A stretch of 64,000 nt of DNA from Octopus bimaculoides (lineage: Eukaryota): NCBI RefSeq assembly GCF_001194135.2, contig NC_068981.1:177409528-177473527 (forward strand), written 5' to 3'. Positions 11,166 to 26,505 of this stretch are shown one piece after another. Each line of letters opens with the position of its first letter. Position 1 is the stretch's first letter. The position numbers and the translations under genes are program-made. Under the pieces are notes generated by a model. That model was not told the DNA's origin and did not search any database. It saw only the letters and a list, made by a program, of their open reading frames with translations.

Positions 11166-14100
11166 TACTTTTCCTTCTTTTCTTGCTAAGCAAACAGGAA
11201 CTTTCACTACTTACACCTGTTAAATAATATTGGTTGTTTACAATTTATACTAAGAAATGAAGGAATGGGAAATACATGATTACAATGAGGACAGTGAAAA
11301 ATTATCAATAATAAATTCTAGATTACACAAGAATAATTTATCCTGGAAAAATAGTAAGGCATGCATACATAGACCCTTCACTCCTGATATGCATCATAGT
11401 AGTTCAGGTAGAAGACCTTCCCTAAAGAGGTTGCCTAACAGAATTCTAAGCTCCTCTTCTCTATACTAGTCATTTTCATTTCAGAGTGACCAAGCTCCTA
11501 GATGGACGACCTTTCTAACAGATGTAAAAGCCACATCTCTCAGGGGGTGGGTTCAATTTCTGGTTGAAACCATTTTGTTTTATTTACATTGCTATGCATT
11601 TTAGGATCACAAAAAAAAAAAATTAAATTACAACTGTTCACTTCCCTAAAAATATCTTTATTTCATTAATTCACATAATTCAAATCTTACTAGCTTTGGG
11701 CATTTATTCTACTTTAATGAGGCAAGTTGTCTGCTTATAATAATAAACCAACACTGATAATGATGATATCCAAACACAATTTACTCAATTGAATTAGTTG
11801 AAAGGAACTTTTAACTACATCAAGTTATTGTTGATTCCCTCAACTTTTTTTCTTTTCACATCCTGAGAGAGTATAACAGATTAAACACTAGACCTTTCTC
11901 CACTGACATTATTTGTAAACCAAACACTGAATTGTTTCTAACTGTATAAATAGACAACCCATTTCAAATGTGAAAACCTTTTTTAATTACTATTCACAAC
12001 AGCTTTTAAAACAGGATTGAAAAATACTGCATTACATGATCATTATATACACATTACTTTCACCAAGCATTAACATTATATATTTATTATTTCCAGAGAA
12101 TGCTACTATTATACATTCGTTGTTTTCACAATCACTATCATTATGCATTCATTATTTTCCTTGAATACTATCTTTATTCATTCATTATTTTCATAAAATA
12201 TCACTACCAAAGGACCATTGCATTCTACAAATATAACAAATTCCTCTTTTGTCTATTTATCTGTTTATATATGCTTGTTTCCTTCATTTGTTGCTCGCCT
12301 CTCGAGCTCAGTAGTTGAATACATACGTCTACTTCCTTCTTATGACAAGAGTAATTGGCTGAAGTTAAGAAATAACTCATAACAGCAAAAATAATCGATT
12401 TCATAGCAGACTTGGTCATTTCATTTCAAGAAATTGCAAGCTAGATATGGCTTCTGAATCAATTCTCCAAGGTAATAGATCATTTGGGCCATGAATATAT
12501 TGATCGTACTGTTCACTCACAGTTGTTGTTGAAATGGTAATTCAATCATTGTATCAACACTTTCAGCTAGTGTTATTACTAAAATCTACCAGGTTTTCCG
12601 ATTACACCCTTTACAAATGTACTTATTCACACAATCATTAGCTTACACACTAAAAAGAGAAGAAATCAAATTATTCTTTATAAAAACCTTTCTCATCTTA
12701 GTGTTTTGGGGTATAAATTCACATCTAATTGAAGAGTAAATTATTAAGCATTTTTTCATATTAATGGCTTTATTATTGCTACTGTTTTTCAACTGAACTT
12801 ATTCAACTTCACTTATGCCATTAACATTCTTGGGCATTTTTATTCTTTTGTCCTAAAGACCACAGGCTTCATATCTAAGACATTATTAATATGTTTACTA
12901 TTGACCGACAGTAATTTCTCTGGTAGTAATATCATTTCAGGACACTCTTACCTGTTTGTAACACTAGAACTCTACTCTTAAACTAAAAATATCTAGTACT
13001 TCAGTGTTTTTGATCTTTAAGAAAAGTAGGAATGGTGTGCATAATGAAATATACTGACTATAATTGAGAAATGATTTTACTAAGGTTTGAATTCAAACTC
13101 TTTTTCTTTGCAGCAAAACATATTTAAGCACTATGATAATTGAAAAGCTCATTACAATAAAGATTTTTTTTAGAGCTCTTTCAGTAATCATAAAATATGG
13201 ATTGTTTGCTTTACAATCAGGTTTCAAAAGGTAGATAAATTTTTTATGTCATTTGTCCTTCTAATGATGTAGGGCAGTTCTGCTAGAACAGATCTATGGC
13301 ATACATAAAGCCACTGAGAGCAATCTAAGAAATCAGGTCCAACAGCCAGCAGTGTACTAACTATCATGCAGTAACTGGTCATGTGTGTTATGTTTGGGGT
13401 AGTTGGGTCATGTATTTGTTTTGCAGTCCAATCCATTTACACAGATATAGTGTAAGTCAATAGAAGCATCTACAAAGGGGAAAAAACCCAGTAAGTGCAA
13501 TGAAATTTGAATTTTTGGGGATTCAGAGAAGGTGACTGGAAACTCAACTCAGAATTTAGGCTTCATAATGATTAAAATAGCAGCACTTTTATGCGTTTTT
13601 ATTGGCCTTTATCAAATGTGAGTGGGGACAAAAATGTGTATTTTTTTAAATAATGTTTTGATACTCTGGCGTGCTACCAACATATTGGAAGTTGCAAATG
13701 TACATGAGTTGAAGGAAGCATGAGACAACATCTGTAGACAACCTCATCATATTGCACTGTACAAATGATATTATAGAGTATTCCTTGTCTAGTTATCTGG
13801 AAATGTATTTGCAAGTGCTAATATTTTAATCATATTATTAATGTAATACTTTTGTACACAACTTGTACATATTTTTGGCATACACAATATAAAATAATGT
13901 CTGCAAAGTACAAAACTAGGAATATATTCTGATTTTTAATAAGTAAACGCAAACATTCAGGAGAAAAAGAAAGAAATGTTACTCAATTTCATGAAACATT
14001 GTCCAAAAGACTAGTGTACTTTGTTAAGCAATCATATAACTTTCAAAAGATCAGCAAACAGTGAGATATGCACTATGGGGTTATGGAAGTATTTTTATTT

Positions 14101-15030
14101 TTTCTTTCAGTAAATTGCTTTTCCTAGGTAAGTACAGAAACAAAGGCAGTCTAAATTTTGCCTATTTGTCTCCTTTCTGAAGACAATCATTTTACCATCC
14201 AGAATATCAATAGCTTTCAGGTTAAGGTTGCTATTGTTACCTAGCAGATTACACCTCATTCTTTTAAAGTTTTTACTCTTAGTTCAACCCAAATTTCATT
14301 TTTCTTTTTGTGTACTAACTGTTTACATTAATAATATTACATACAGTAGTGAGCCACTTCTATATTGCTACTACTCTGCTGTGGTTCCTCTTACTAATCA
14401 TCTTAATCTTTGCCATAGTAATATTCATGCATTTTGATTCTATTCACTCTTCTAAATTTTAAACTTTTTTTCAGTTCTTTAAAACACTCTGCAATGAAAA
14501 TCAGACTGTCAAAATACAAAAGTTCATAGATATCATCTGCCTAACTGCCTCATACATTTAATAGTTTAAATAGTAACAGGTTGAGGACATTTCTCTAGTG
14601 TTATATCCTTTCATAGCACACAACTGAATATTTTTTTAGGTTATAGTAAAAGTTTTTCCATTATATGAAAGTAAGTGAGTTTTCCAAAATGATATAACAT
14701 CAAAGAATACTAAATTCTTCATTGAGTTCACAGTGTATCCAGGCCCTGCTGCTAGTACTCAATACACATTCTCATTACCACTGAACTTCATGGAACAGTT
14801 ACAAAAGCTTTCAATATTGTGTTTGATTTTCACTTAATACATGTCTTAAGTTGCATTAGCAAAGATTTAGTTTCTGTGGTTACACAGCCCCAAACAGTAT
14901 TCTATCCAACTTCAAGCTATCCTATATGAGCTTTGTTTGGATTCATTCTATCACTCTCATTATTTTCTGCATTAACTTAAAGATTCTATGTAATTTCACT
15001 TGCTTAACAGTTCCCTTATATTCTTATATA

Positions 15031-16277
15031 CAGGATGTCCCAAAATTATGACAACCAACTTTTTTCAATTTTGCTAAAGCAAAATATTGTTATAATTTAG
15101 GTTCAAGCATTGCAATGCAAAGGTAAAGGAAACAGAATTATGATTCTACCACATTCATTTGATATGACCACCTCTGTTTCGAACCACAGACTTAAGTCTA
15201 GGTGCAAATGCTTCACAGGCAACACGCAGCTGCTCTTGCAGAATGAAAGCCCATTCTTGATGTCAAGTGAAGCATAAGGAGTGCTTGAGACCCTTGTCTC
15301 CAAAATGGACCAAACTGAAAAAGCGAACAGGTTGAGATTGGGGCTTCCTTACCCAAGAACAATGGAATGTTTTTCTGAATCCAGTGTTGTCTGTTTGGAG
15401 CTGTGGGAATGGTGTGGAGTCCTGTTGGAGGCTCCAAGGTGCACCTTGAAAGTGTTCACTCACACATGGGAGCTGTTCAGCTTCCAGAATGTCGCTAATG
15501 TATTGGTGGGTGTTAATTTTATCACCCAAGGCCACAAAGACAAGGGAGACCTTCCAGTGGTTATCACAGCTGCCCAAACCATAACTAACTGTGGATTTTG
15601 ACATTGATTTACAAGTCTACCCTCAATGGATCCAGATGCACTCTGAAGTCAGTCATTCTGGTGGTTTACTGTCTGTTCAATGTCAAATTTCTTTTCATCA
15701 GTGAACACCAGGTTGGGCAGCATACCTTCAGCAATCTGACACAGGATAAGATGACTTCTCTCCAGTCTCATGGCCTTAGAAACTTGTGTGAGCTCATGAC
15801 GGTGGATCATCTCGTAGGGATGGGTCCTGAGATCCTCCTTCAGCACTCAATGCATCAATGTTTGGATTATTTTTGCTGTGGCAGCTAGTTTTCTGACAGA
15901 ATGACAAGGGTCTCATTGTACCTTTTCTCTGGTACTTTTGATAAGCTGAGAGGGCCAAACACTTCGTTTTGACGACATCCAGGTCGATCAGCAGTGGAAC
16001 CAGTTTCTTGAAATTTTTTGACAATTTTAAAGACTGTTGTTTGGTTAATTTCAAGCTTTTTTTCCCTGTAGCTGTATTACTTTCGCCTCATTTGTGGAGA
16101 TTTATGATCGCATTTTAGTTTATAGCCATTATCTAATTTATAAATCTGAATTTATTTAGTCTGAAACAAAAAGAAGAAGCACTAAGCTTTTATAACAATG
16201 CATAATTTTCATATCTTATCACATTTATTGAGAGTTATTAATGCCTGAAACTTCGGATGCCTTTTTGAGACACCCTG
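15031..16277 (-). mobile_element. Near full-length maT (DD37D-type) Tc1/mariner element, transposase disrupted
   Basis: TA-caggatgtcccaaaa ... tttttgagacaccctg-TA. Fragments LVFTDEKKFDIEQTVNHQND, LQQDS and PNLNLFAFSVWSILE lie across frameshifts. Confidence 0.85.
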
Positions 16278-18219
16278 TATATTATGACAACACCTTTTTG
16301 TACAATCTAAATAGTTAAGTGAATGGCTGATACACTGACACCAATTGGCCATAAAGCTTTCAGAATCTCAGTAACTATTTCAGGAAGATCTGCAGCTTCT
16401 CCTGTCAACATGTTATTATTTAATTTAGCATCTATATTATAATGGAGAAAGCTGCTTATTAATTAGGTATGTAACAGTTACTAAAAGAAAACAATTATTA
16501 AAGGCTTGACTGTCAGGAAATTTTTTTACAAATTCATGTTCCAAAAAATGTCCTGTAATTTTAATTTCTCAAGTTTATTGTTTTCACAAATTTAAATATT
16601 CATTGCATTCACTGCAGAGTAGATTTTAATATTTAATAAACAATATTATTCATTTGCAACAATCTCTCTCACTCTCTCACCTCTATTTTCATTAATGATA
16701 ATTTAATATATATTCATTTCAATGTTTTCATTTCAAGTTTTAATTCACTATTTGCAAAACCCACAGTTTATTCTATATATGTAATGTAAAAAGGTTATTT
16801 ATTGAATGAATGAATGCTANNNNNNNNNNNNNNNNNNNNNNNNNNNNNNNNNNNNNNNNNNAATATCTGTATAACTTTTGAGGCTTATGATATGAGGCAC
16901 AATTTCAAGAATATAAGTTTTTGGACTTTGTTAAATGAATGTTTTTGATGAAATGATAATTTTTTAATATACCAGTATAATCAAAAAAGAAAAAATTAAG
17001 AAGTGATTTTGTTGGTATGGCTGTTTGGAACACTATAAGCCTTACAATAATAATTATGTGATCACTGCTATTTCTAGCACACTAAACGTAGTTGGGTTAC
17101 CTTGAAGTTTGTTTAAATTAGAGATATATTACAACTACAATAAATTACTGAAAGAAATATTTACTAAGCAAGTGAGATTTTTTATAAATTGAAGTTTTCA
17201 GGAAAATTTACTTTCTGAACTTCCTTTTATCAGCAGTCCTTGTTTTCACAGCCCCATTTCTCTGACTGTGTAGTCACCACATAACTGCTACATACACATA
17301 CAAAATTTATGTATGTGTGTGTTTGCATGTATGAATATATATATACGCATACATTCCTATGTCTTGAAGTATGAAGTGGAGTTTATCCATAACAACAGTT
17401 TTGAATTTCTACTATAACATTATATAACACTGGTATTTTCACATGAAGCATAATTTATTTGTTACTTTGCATTCATTCCTTTATTATCACATTGCAGAGT
17501 TCAATTTCTTAAATATTTTTACAATTGTGAAAAATTAAATATAACCAAGTAATTTCAAGCCTCTTTCTTTTATCATTATAATATTACTTTTAAGCATTCA
17601 TTTAATCCTTTTTTTTTCTTCGATTTTTGAAATCTGTATCACTGCCATTTTGATATAATACAAAATTATTTTTGTACATAGTTATTAGATTATTTTAAAT
17701 TCTCACAGTTCTTGTGTAATCTAGATCCTTCTATGTTACTCAGAAGAATTTCTTTGCAATTTCTTTTTCACTATTATCTTTCAAATATTTTACATGTTTT
17801 CTTACTTTCTAATTTCTTGATATTCACTTTCTTATTTCCAACAGAATTCTCTATAAATTTTTATATACTTATTTCGAAATGCTAAATCTGAACAATGTTC
17901 TAATGTAATTTTTCAAGTAACATTAGCTAGAAAATTAGATCTAAATTCAAAATTTTCCTTTCATTTTTTTTAAAGTGGCAAGAAAAGAAGAAAAGAAATC
18001 GTTCAAACTAAAGTGTATAGCAAATGCATTGAATCAAAGAAAGGAAAGTTCAAAAGTGATCCAAATTATTCAGTACAGTTAGCATCTTGCATTAAATTTT
18101 CTACAACACAAAACTTAATCAAACTTAGTTGATAGGATTCCTGGTTTTGATTATGGTAACATAACTTGCAAACTAGTGAGGAACTTCAGTATAGTAACTA
18201 ACTTAAGTCTCAAGTGCAG

Positions 18220-18600
18220 CAAATTGCCAATCATCTTGGTCCTTTATTGTCTCCTCTGTGAGGCTCAACATCTGAAGATCATTTTTCTCCACTTTGTTCC
18301 TTGTCTTCCGAGGTTTTCCTCTCCCATAGGTTCCCGCCATTTAGAGATCAGCACTTCTTTATGTTGCTATCTGCATCCATATGCATCACATGACTATGTC
18401 AGCACAGTCTTCCCTCTTGCACATTACATCTGATGCCTCTTATATCCAGTTTTTCTCTCAACACATTTATACTTTATTATTCATGTACAATGACATTGCA
18501 CATCCAGCAGAGCATGCTGACTTCATTTCTTTCAAGATTTTTCATAGCCTCTGCTTTCACAGCCCATATTTCTCTACCAAACTGCATCTCACCTAGGTTA
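18220..18600 (-). mobile_element. RTE (BovB-like) LINE 3' fragment
   Basis: Minus-strand WAVKAEAMKNLERNEVSMLCWMCNV and DIRGIRCNVQEGRL resemble the RTE post-RT region. Confidence 0.7.
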
Positions 18601-19439
18601 ACTCTCTTCCTAATTAATTAAGCTATGACCCATTTTGTAACTTTCCTGACATGGTCTGGCATTTTGATACCTCTGTAGATAAAGTGCTGGGTTCAATATA
18701 ATGAAAGTTGATGCCCCACCATGGCGACAGTCAAGTTAGTGAGACCAGAGAAAAAATTAAACAGTGCAAAGCATAGGTTACGTCAGGTGTCTATAAGAAT
18801 CCACGCACTGTTTGACAAAGAAATAAGTGTAGGAGATAAGTTCAATGTGATCCATTGTATGTGCAATGTTAACTGACGGGAAAGCTATGTGCTATGTGTA
18901 CAAAGAGAAAGCTGTAGTAGTATGGACATGTGATTTATATCATTGAAAAATGCATGGTGAAGAAGTACATTAGAAGGTTCTTATCATAGAAGCAGACAAA
19001 TGGAAAAAAAAATAATAACTGGGGTGGAAATATATAAGATTAGTTATGAAAATATTAGTATTCACAGTTAAGTTGATGTAGGCCATATTCTGTTGTATAA
19101 ACACGTTCCACCTACATGTTGAGATTTCATACACACACTCAATCATTTGCACATACAACCATTTAGAAGTGAAATTATTATTTACTATTTTCAAACAACT
19201 CTCATAAGCTATACACTTCAATGAAAAATATAGTTCATCTTATATTACATTGCAGCTTATACTATAATTAGACCTATAGTTCATTTGATTTCACTTCGTG
19301 GTCAATTGTATGTATAGCTGATAGCAGACAACAGCAGAAAGAGAATCGATATCAAATTAGATGATTGTTGACTACTGTAAAAAATATGATTCATAGCTGT
19401 TCCTATAATATGATGTCTGGTTGGGATACATGACACATT

Positions 19440-19805
19440 AGAAATATTGATTTCTAACAATGCACAAAGCTAGGAATTTGGGGTAGGGTACAATTAAATT
19501 GACCCTTAATAATTGACAGATACTTTATTTTATGAACCTTAGCAGGGAGGAAAACAGAGCTGGTCTCAGCAACATTTGAATCCAAAATGTAAAAGGTCTT
19601 AACTTAATACTACATGGCAATTGCCAAAGGCATGGCTATAGGCACAGGCATGGCTGAGTGATTAAAATTATTCTGCAAATCATGTGGTTTCAGTTTCCAT
19701 CTTACTGCACAGAATCTGGATGTACCTTCTACTATAGTTCTGGGGCGATCAATGACTTGTGTGAATTTGGTAGCTGGAAACTGTAAGAAAACCTATCGTA
19801 TGTGT
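19440..19805. mobile_element. Decayed SINE A (minus) back to back with decayed SINE B (plus)
   Basis: Homology to the family A and B copies elsewhere in the window. Confidence 0.55.
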
Positions 19806-19928
19806 GTTTGTGTGAATACTGACATTCCATGGTGTAGCTTGTCACCAGTTTAGCAAAATGGTGATATGATGGTTATGTCTTTTATTGATATCATAACTGG
19901 TCATTCCACACATTTAAAAAGTTCATAA

Positions 19929-19966
<38 letters not shown>

Positions 19967-22900
19967 AATGATATTGAGGATTGCCTTATCTAATGTGCCT
20001 CTTCCTTTTTTAACATAATATATGATCAGAGGGACATTTGACTGCTATTCTCACTAGTTAAGAAACCATGCCAAGCCAGACAGTAGAGCGTGAAACAGAT
20101 TTCTGACTTGCTAGTTCCTGTCAAACCATCCAATCAATGCCAGCATAGAGGAAGGACATTAAATGAAGATGACAATAATATATAAACATGACTATGTTCA
20201 AATTTGATCTTTATTATTAAAGAATTTTCATATTATTTGTCTTTTATGTTTAGCTTGGAACAATAACATTCCTAAATCCATTAAGCTAACATTTCAAGAC
20301 CTTTACAAACTCATTTTCAAATCAAACAGTTGTAAAGTCATGTAGGCTGCATGTTTTGTGGTGAGTTGCAAAGACTCTCGGGAATGGTTTTAAAACTAAT
20401 AAAATCCTCAATGCTGGATTTATAATTATAAACAGTACATCCTAGTCAAGTTCATGATATCATGACATAATTCTTTTTACAACTTACTGGAGAACATGTA
20501 GCCTATACACCATTACAATAGTTCATTGTAATTAGATTGTGAATGTCTTGCCTGAGTGGATACAAAGTTTGCTTCATAACCATGTGGTTTTCGAATCTAT
20601 GCTGCTAAACAGTGCCTCTTGAATTATAGCAGGCTTAAACGCAGTGAAAATGATGATATTATATACATACATATATGTATATCATATACAAGTATGTTAT
20701 ATACTTGTATATATTATTATACTCACACATACACATAAATGTACCTGTCATCAGCAAGGGTTTTCAACATTTGATAACTCAAAACAAAAAGTCTTAAATC
20801 TACAACTATGATATATGAACTTCAATATGCTAATAATAATGGTTGCCTCATCTTGACCTGAAGCCAATCATCAAATCAACATTGTTTCTCCTTACTATCC
20901 ATTTAGCAAAACTGAAGACATTTCCCTAATATCTACCTGGAGAAGAAAGGAGACCTCTAAAAATTATTATCCATGCTGAAGTAATTGAGGAGGTTTCATC
21001 TTTTCCTTCTCTTGGCAGAATCTAGTCCAACTCCTGCTCCCTAGACAATGAGGTCACTAACTGTCAAAGAGCAGCCCACAGTCTCTGGGCTCCCATAACA
21101 CCATGTCTGAAGCTGAGAACAAAAATCATGGCTGTTGTACCCTTTACATTATTCTGTGGTTGTGGAAGCTGATGCACATGCACACACACACGCACATTCA
21201 TTCACAGACACACATACCCTTAACATAGTTCTCAAACAGAATCAGTGTGCTATGATAAGGCTGCAGATTAGAATTACAAGTACAACCCATCCAATGGGCA
21301 TCTATATAGTTTCAGTTTACCCAGTTTCACTCACAAGGTATGTCGATTTAAGGCCATCGAAAATGACATTCAATAATGCAATTTAATTGTAATATATGAA
21401 TGAAGGTAGGAATTGAAACATGCGTAGACAACATGAAATTGACTACTATTATGTAAATAAATTGATTTTCTGTGTTCACATTCTCCATTGTCTTTAAATT
21501 ATATTATTAAAATTCTATATGGGATAGATGAAAACATCTATAATGACCACTGGAAAAGTGAAAATTTTTTATGGGTTATTATTTTAATGCTCACTATATA
21601 TTCAAAAGCTTGAGCTCAATGAATCACACAGGACATAGCTTCCTTGGAAAAATGAGTCCATGAGGACAATTTCTTATGACAAACCTTTTGTTATACCTCC
21701 ATGGGTATCCATCTGCATGTGAGTCTTCAGTGAGCTTTAAATCCTTACTACAATGAAGTTAAATGTGATAAATAAGGCTGGAAAGTAATTATGCTTTGTG
21801 TATTTGCATTTACATACATATGAGTAGTTTTTAAATAGTCACAACCAAGATGCATCGTACAATGTTGTGCCAAAAATCTCTGTCTTCTGTTAACTTTGAA
21901 AGATCTTCAGTTTATGTTGTGTGTGTATACCAAGAAATGCCAATATAGCTGACTTATCTTCATTTTGTGTTAGGGTGTCAAAAGTCTCCAAAAAATAACA
22001 TTTTTTAAGGCCTGTTGTTCAGCAGGATAACAGTGGCCAGCAATGTCCACCCTGCATTGAGCAAAAATTAAGATAGTTGAAACTTGTTCATAAGTCTCAT
22101 CTTTGGTCTTGTGCTTATGCTATGAGATGTTCTGAGCCCTCAAGTGTAGTTAATAGCCAATTGTTCATGCTAATTAAGAATTTTAATGAAATATTAGGTG
22201 TTACACAAGAATCACACAAGAATCTTTATAGAATGTAGTGGTAACAGTCCATTATTTTACTTTCATTCCTTAATAGTTTCTTTTTGTAAGTAAACAGTTT
22301 TACTTTTTTACCTGGAAACCACCTGCACCTGGCAAAGTTGAAACTTTCTTTTTCATGGGGCTCTGGAAACACTGAAACATCTTATTTTCAGCAATGCTAG
22401 CTTAATATGTTAACTAAATGCTTCTAACAATGATGTTGAGTAATATCAACTCAAAGCCATGCAGTTACCATGTGATGTTCTTAACAACAGTCATATTTGT
22501 GCCTATATTAAATTATATGTATATCATATGAATTATTAAAACATATATTGGTAGAGTTGTACAAAATGAATCTCATCTGAGTAATATTTTGATTTTCAAT
22601 TTTTCTAGGGTAAACTTCTTTATAAATCTGTTTTACTATTCAGTTTTAAAATCCAGTTTTAAAACAGAAAAGTTTTAAAATTGGATTTTTGAAAAACACT
22701 TTATGCTCTCCATTTCAAGGTACACAGCCAGTGTTCACTTTTCCACTTTTGACATTTTTATCAGAAATCTTCTCTGAATTAGGTCTTAAACATAGGAGAG
22801 TACTAGCCTGCAAGGAAAAAATAGTTTTTAGGTTAGGGGTTGAAGGTTTATTATTAGGTTTAAGACATGGAGTTAAGAGTATAAAGCTTAGGGTTAAAGT

Positions 22901-23357
22901 ATAGACTTGCATAGACTCAATTTGTGAATTTTTTAAAAACACAATCATAATTTCTAATATATAAAGCATAAAGATCTAAAAATATTTTTTTAAATAAATT
23001 AAAAATCAAAATTGTAAGTGGGGTGCATATCAGGTATGTATGTCGTATATATATTAAAAACATATTGACTGTATTGTCATGGCTGGAATGGTACTGTGCT
23101 ATTTCCTTTTACAGTGGTTTATTGAATGCGTGTAATATTTTAAAAAGTAAAAGAGAAATATATAAATCTGTTACAAATAATGTATGATTAGTTTGAATCA
23201 ATAACATTACCAAGTTCATTAGTATTTCTTCTCAGCTTCATCTGAATAAGCTTTGTTGCAGCTTTTTATATAGTAGACATGAAGGAAGAGATCATGGAAA
23301 TGGTGTAACTCATAATGAATGAATGAATGAATGTATATATGTATGTATGCATGCATG

Positions 23358-23388
<31 letters not shown>

Positions 23389-23994
23389 GCATGTATCTAT
23401 GTATGCATAGACGTCTCTGAGTGTATATATATATATATATGCATGTATATCATTAAAATGACAATAACACTTTGCTCGTTAGAGAATGGAAACTTTTTGT
23501 AAACTGAAAGTAAAATAAATAAATAATAACAGACAATACAGCTTTTTAGAGTAATCATATTAAATATTTAAATCAGGATATCTCAGACATGTTTTCACAA
23601 TAAAAATTATGGTCAATCAATTACAGTGCTAATGTTTAACACTGCCACATGTATTCTGCACCAAGAAAACTACTGTTTGTAATGCATATGCAAAAGCAAC
23701 AAAACAGTTTTCTCTCATCAGGTGCTTATTTTCTGGCTAGTTGTCCCACTGTGATTGTAGTATATGTCTCTTCAGTTTGGCAAGAACAGTTGTATATGAC
23801 CAAATGTATAATGATATGTTTGTATGCAGTATGCATGCATGTGTGTCCGTGTATCCATGCTTAAATAAAATATGACTCTTACACAAAAACTACAGCCTAT
23901 TTATATAGCAGCTGTATAAAAACAAATTGTTCCTTAACACTAAATGAATAAACAGAATTTCTGGACCTATTACAGTAACAAGAAAAAAATGTAG

Positions 23995-25135
23995 ATGTAA
24001 GATATTTGTAAAACCCTCTCCATAACCTTCATCACCTGATCCAGCAGTTTGATACCCCTGTAGTTACATCTATCTAACGCATCTCCTTTACCATTGTAGC
24101 AGTTGACTATGGTGCTGCTATGCCAGTCATTGGGTATGATTCCTTCATGAACTACTTGGTTTACAGTATGGGTGACTACGCCATGACCCACACCACCAGA
24201 TATTTTAAGCACCTCAGCAGTGATTCCTGATGGGCGGAGGGCTTTTCCTGACTTCATATCCTTAATTGCTTTATCTACCAGGGTGCTATCTATTCACATA
24301 GCTGGTCCCTCTACTGGGTCGACATTTGGCAGGCTCTCCTCCTCCCAATCATTCTCCACGTTCAGCAGTCTTTCATAATGGCTTCTTCAAGCTTCTGTCT
24401 TTTCTGAATCATTAAAAGCAAGTGCACCATCATCCATGCGGACACTTTTCTCTCCTGTGACATCATTATTTTCTCTTACACACTGTCTTGCAATCCTAAA
24501 TACTTCAGTTCTTTGGTCCTCATGTCGCTGAACATTGGCAAACTTTTTCTTTTCTGCTTCTCCCTTGGCTATGTATACTTGTCACCCAGCCTCCCTTCTG
24601 GTTATCTGGTATAGTTCCCTCCTACCTCCACCCTTCCAGGCTTTCAAGGCCTGTTTTTTTGCTCTAATTGCCGTATTATTCCACCACTACGTTACTCTAG
24701 GTTTGGAAGGGACTTTGCACCAGCCGCAGATATTTGGTCTGTGGCACTCATTAAGCTCTCCCGCAGGAATTTCCAGTTACCCTCTATGTCACAAGTCTGT
24801 AGCTCCTCCTCCCTCTCATCAGATTTCTCAGTGAGGATGTCCCTAAATCTCTGACCATGTGAAGTGTTTTTTAGCTTCCAAATCCTTCTTTTCTGAATTG
24901 GTCTGCTTCTTGTCATCCTTCTGGCCTCAAGTGTAAAATCACTAATAACTAGTCTATGCTGGGGGTACATTCTTCACCAGGGAGGGTCTTTGTATTTAAG
25001 AGCAACCTTGCATCCCGCTGTCTGGTGAGGATGAAATCAATCTGGCTAGCAGAGTCGGCTTATTGATAGGTTATCAGGAGGATGTCTGGCTTCCTACTAG
25101 TTCAGTCTAGTTCACCTACTTCACCTTGCCAACCT
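23995..25135 (-). mobile_element. RTE (BovB-like) LINE fragment: end of AP endonuclease to start of RT
   Basis: SQIDFILTR, QHRLVISDF, KSGKALRPSGITAEVLK, GKGDALDRCNYRGIKLLDQVMKVMERV; frameshifted. Confidence 0.9.
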
Positions 25136-25492
25136 AAGTTGACTAATTTAACACCAAATGCGTTAAATCATTCAATCACTTACAGCTCAAAAAAACTTAG
25201 GTTAGGACAGAATTCTAATCATTATTCAAAAACAATGTAGTCTATCAATCATCCTCAAAAAAAATCAATCAACCTTTTTTTTCTTATGGCACAAATCCTG
25301 AAAAATAAAACTTACAAATATATTCTATTTCCAAGAAAGGTAATTTTTCTGATCCAGTTAACAATCTATTTATTTGCTCTCACCTTCAACACCTTTCTAT
25401 TTTACAATACTATCAATAATCTTTTTACAACCTATAGTGAAAGGAAAGGTGCCTCTCTTGACATCAATAAAATCTTTAATGGTATCAAGAAT

Positions 25493-25915
25493 CATCATCA
25501 TCATCATCATCGTTTAACGTCCGCTTTCCATGCTAGCATAGGTTGGACGATTTGACTGAGGACTGGTGAAACCCGATGGCTACACCAGGCTCTAATCTGA
25601 TTTGGCAGAGTTTCTACAGTGGATGCCCTTCCTAACGCCAACCACTCCGAGAGTGTAGTGGGTGCTTTTACGTGTCACCGGCACAAAGGCCAGTCAGGCG
25701 ATACTGGCAACGGCCATGCTCAAAATGGTGTATTTTATGTGCCACCCGCACAAGAGCCAGTCCAGGGTCACTGGCAATGATCTCGCTTGAAAAATCCTTA
25801 CACATGCTGCGGGCACAAGTGCCAGAAAGGTGACGCTGGGCACAGGTGCCATCACGATTTCGCTTGCCCCAACAGGTCTTCGCAAGCTGAGTTTCGTGTC
25901 CAATGAAGGAATATA
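25493..25915 (-). mobile_element. RTE-tailed SINE family C
   Basis: (CAT)n tail plus gtttaacgtccgctttccatgctagcat and ggatgcccttcctaacgccaac; near-identical to copies at 28044, 41146, 53835 and 58028. Confidence 0.9.
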
Positions 25916-26256
25916 CTTTTACCCATCACTAATCCTATCAGGTCCACTCCACAGCAGTATGCATTGACAGAGTTATAATTCATCAATAGCAACCTGATTG
26001 AGAAAATTAAATCTAATACATTAGCACTAATCTCTTCAAAGACTATGAATAAATTTAGCAAACTTGTTACAGCAAAGTTTTTTGCAAACCATTAGAAAAG
26101 CTTACAACTGATAAGTATTTAAAAGAAACTACTCAGGTATTGAAAAAGAAGCATCCTATTTTGATACAAAGACTGCAAACATCTACTATAATAATACTCT
26201 TGCGTCTTTCTCTGTGACAACATATGAATGAGAAAGGAAGGGGTGATGGCAAACTT

Positions 26257-26505
26257 GGAAGTGGGATGATAGAAGTCCAACGGTGAAAAGAAAAATCAAA
26301 CAGCATTTCAACTCTGAGAGAGTATATGTGTGTGTATGTAAAAGGGAGTCATGTGAATGTTTTTGTGTGTGTGTGTGTGTGTGTACAATGGAAGTGGGAT
26401 GGTGAACATTAAACACTGAAAAGAAAAATCAAACAGCATTTCAACTCTGTGTGAGTATATGTGTGTATGTGTGTGCATGTACAAGGGAAGTATGTGAATG
26501 TATAT
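26257..26505. repeat. Tandem duplication, ~133-bp period
   Basis: ggaagtgggatg...tgaaaagaaaaatcaaacagcatttcaactctg at 26257 and 26390. Confidence 0.75.

Noticed and set aside
14095-14133. Polypyrimidine tract followed by TAG/GTAAGT, a recursive-splice-site-like motif
   Set aside because: It is on the plus strand, antisense to the only supported gene, and there is no plus-strand exon evidence.
18781-18890. Minus-strand open frame HIAFPSVNIAHTMDHIELISYTYFFVKQCVDSYRHL with splice-like ends
   Set aside because: The plus strand resembles an RTE fragment (MCNV motif), so this is probably an antisense shadow frame.
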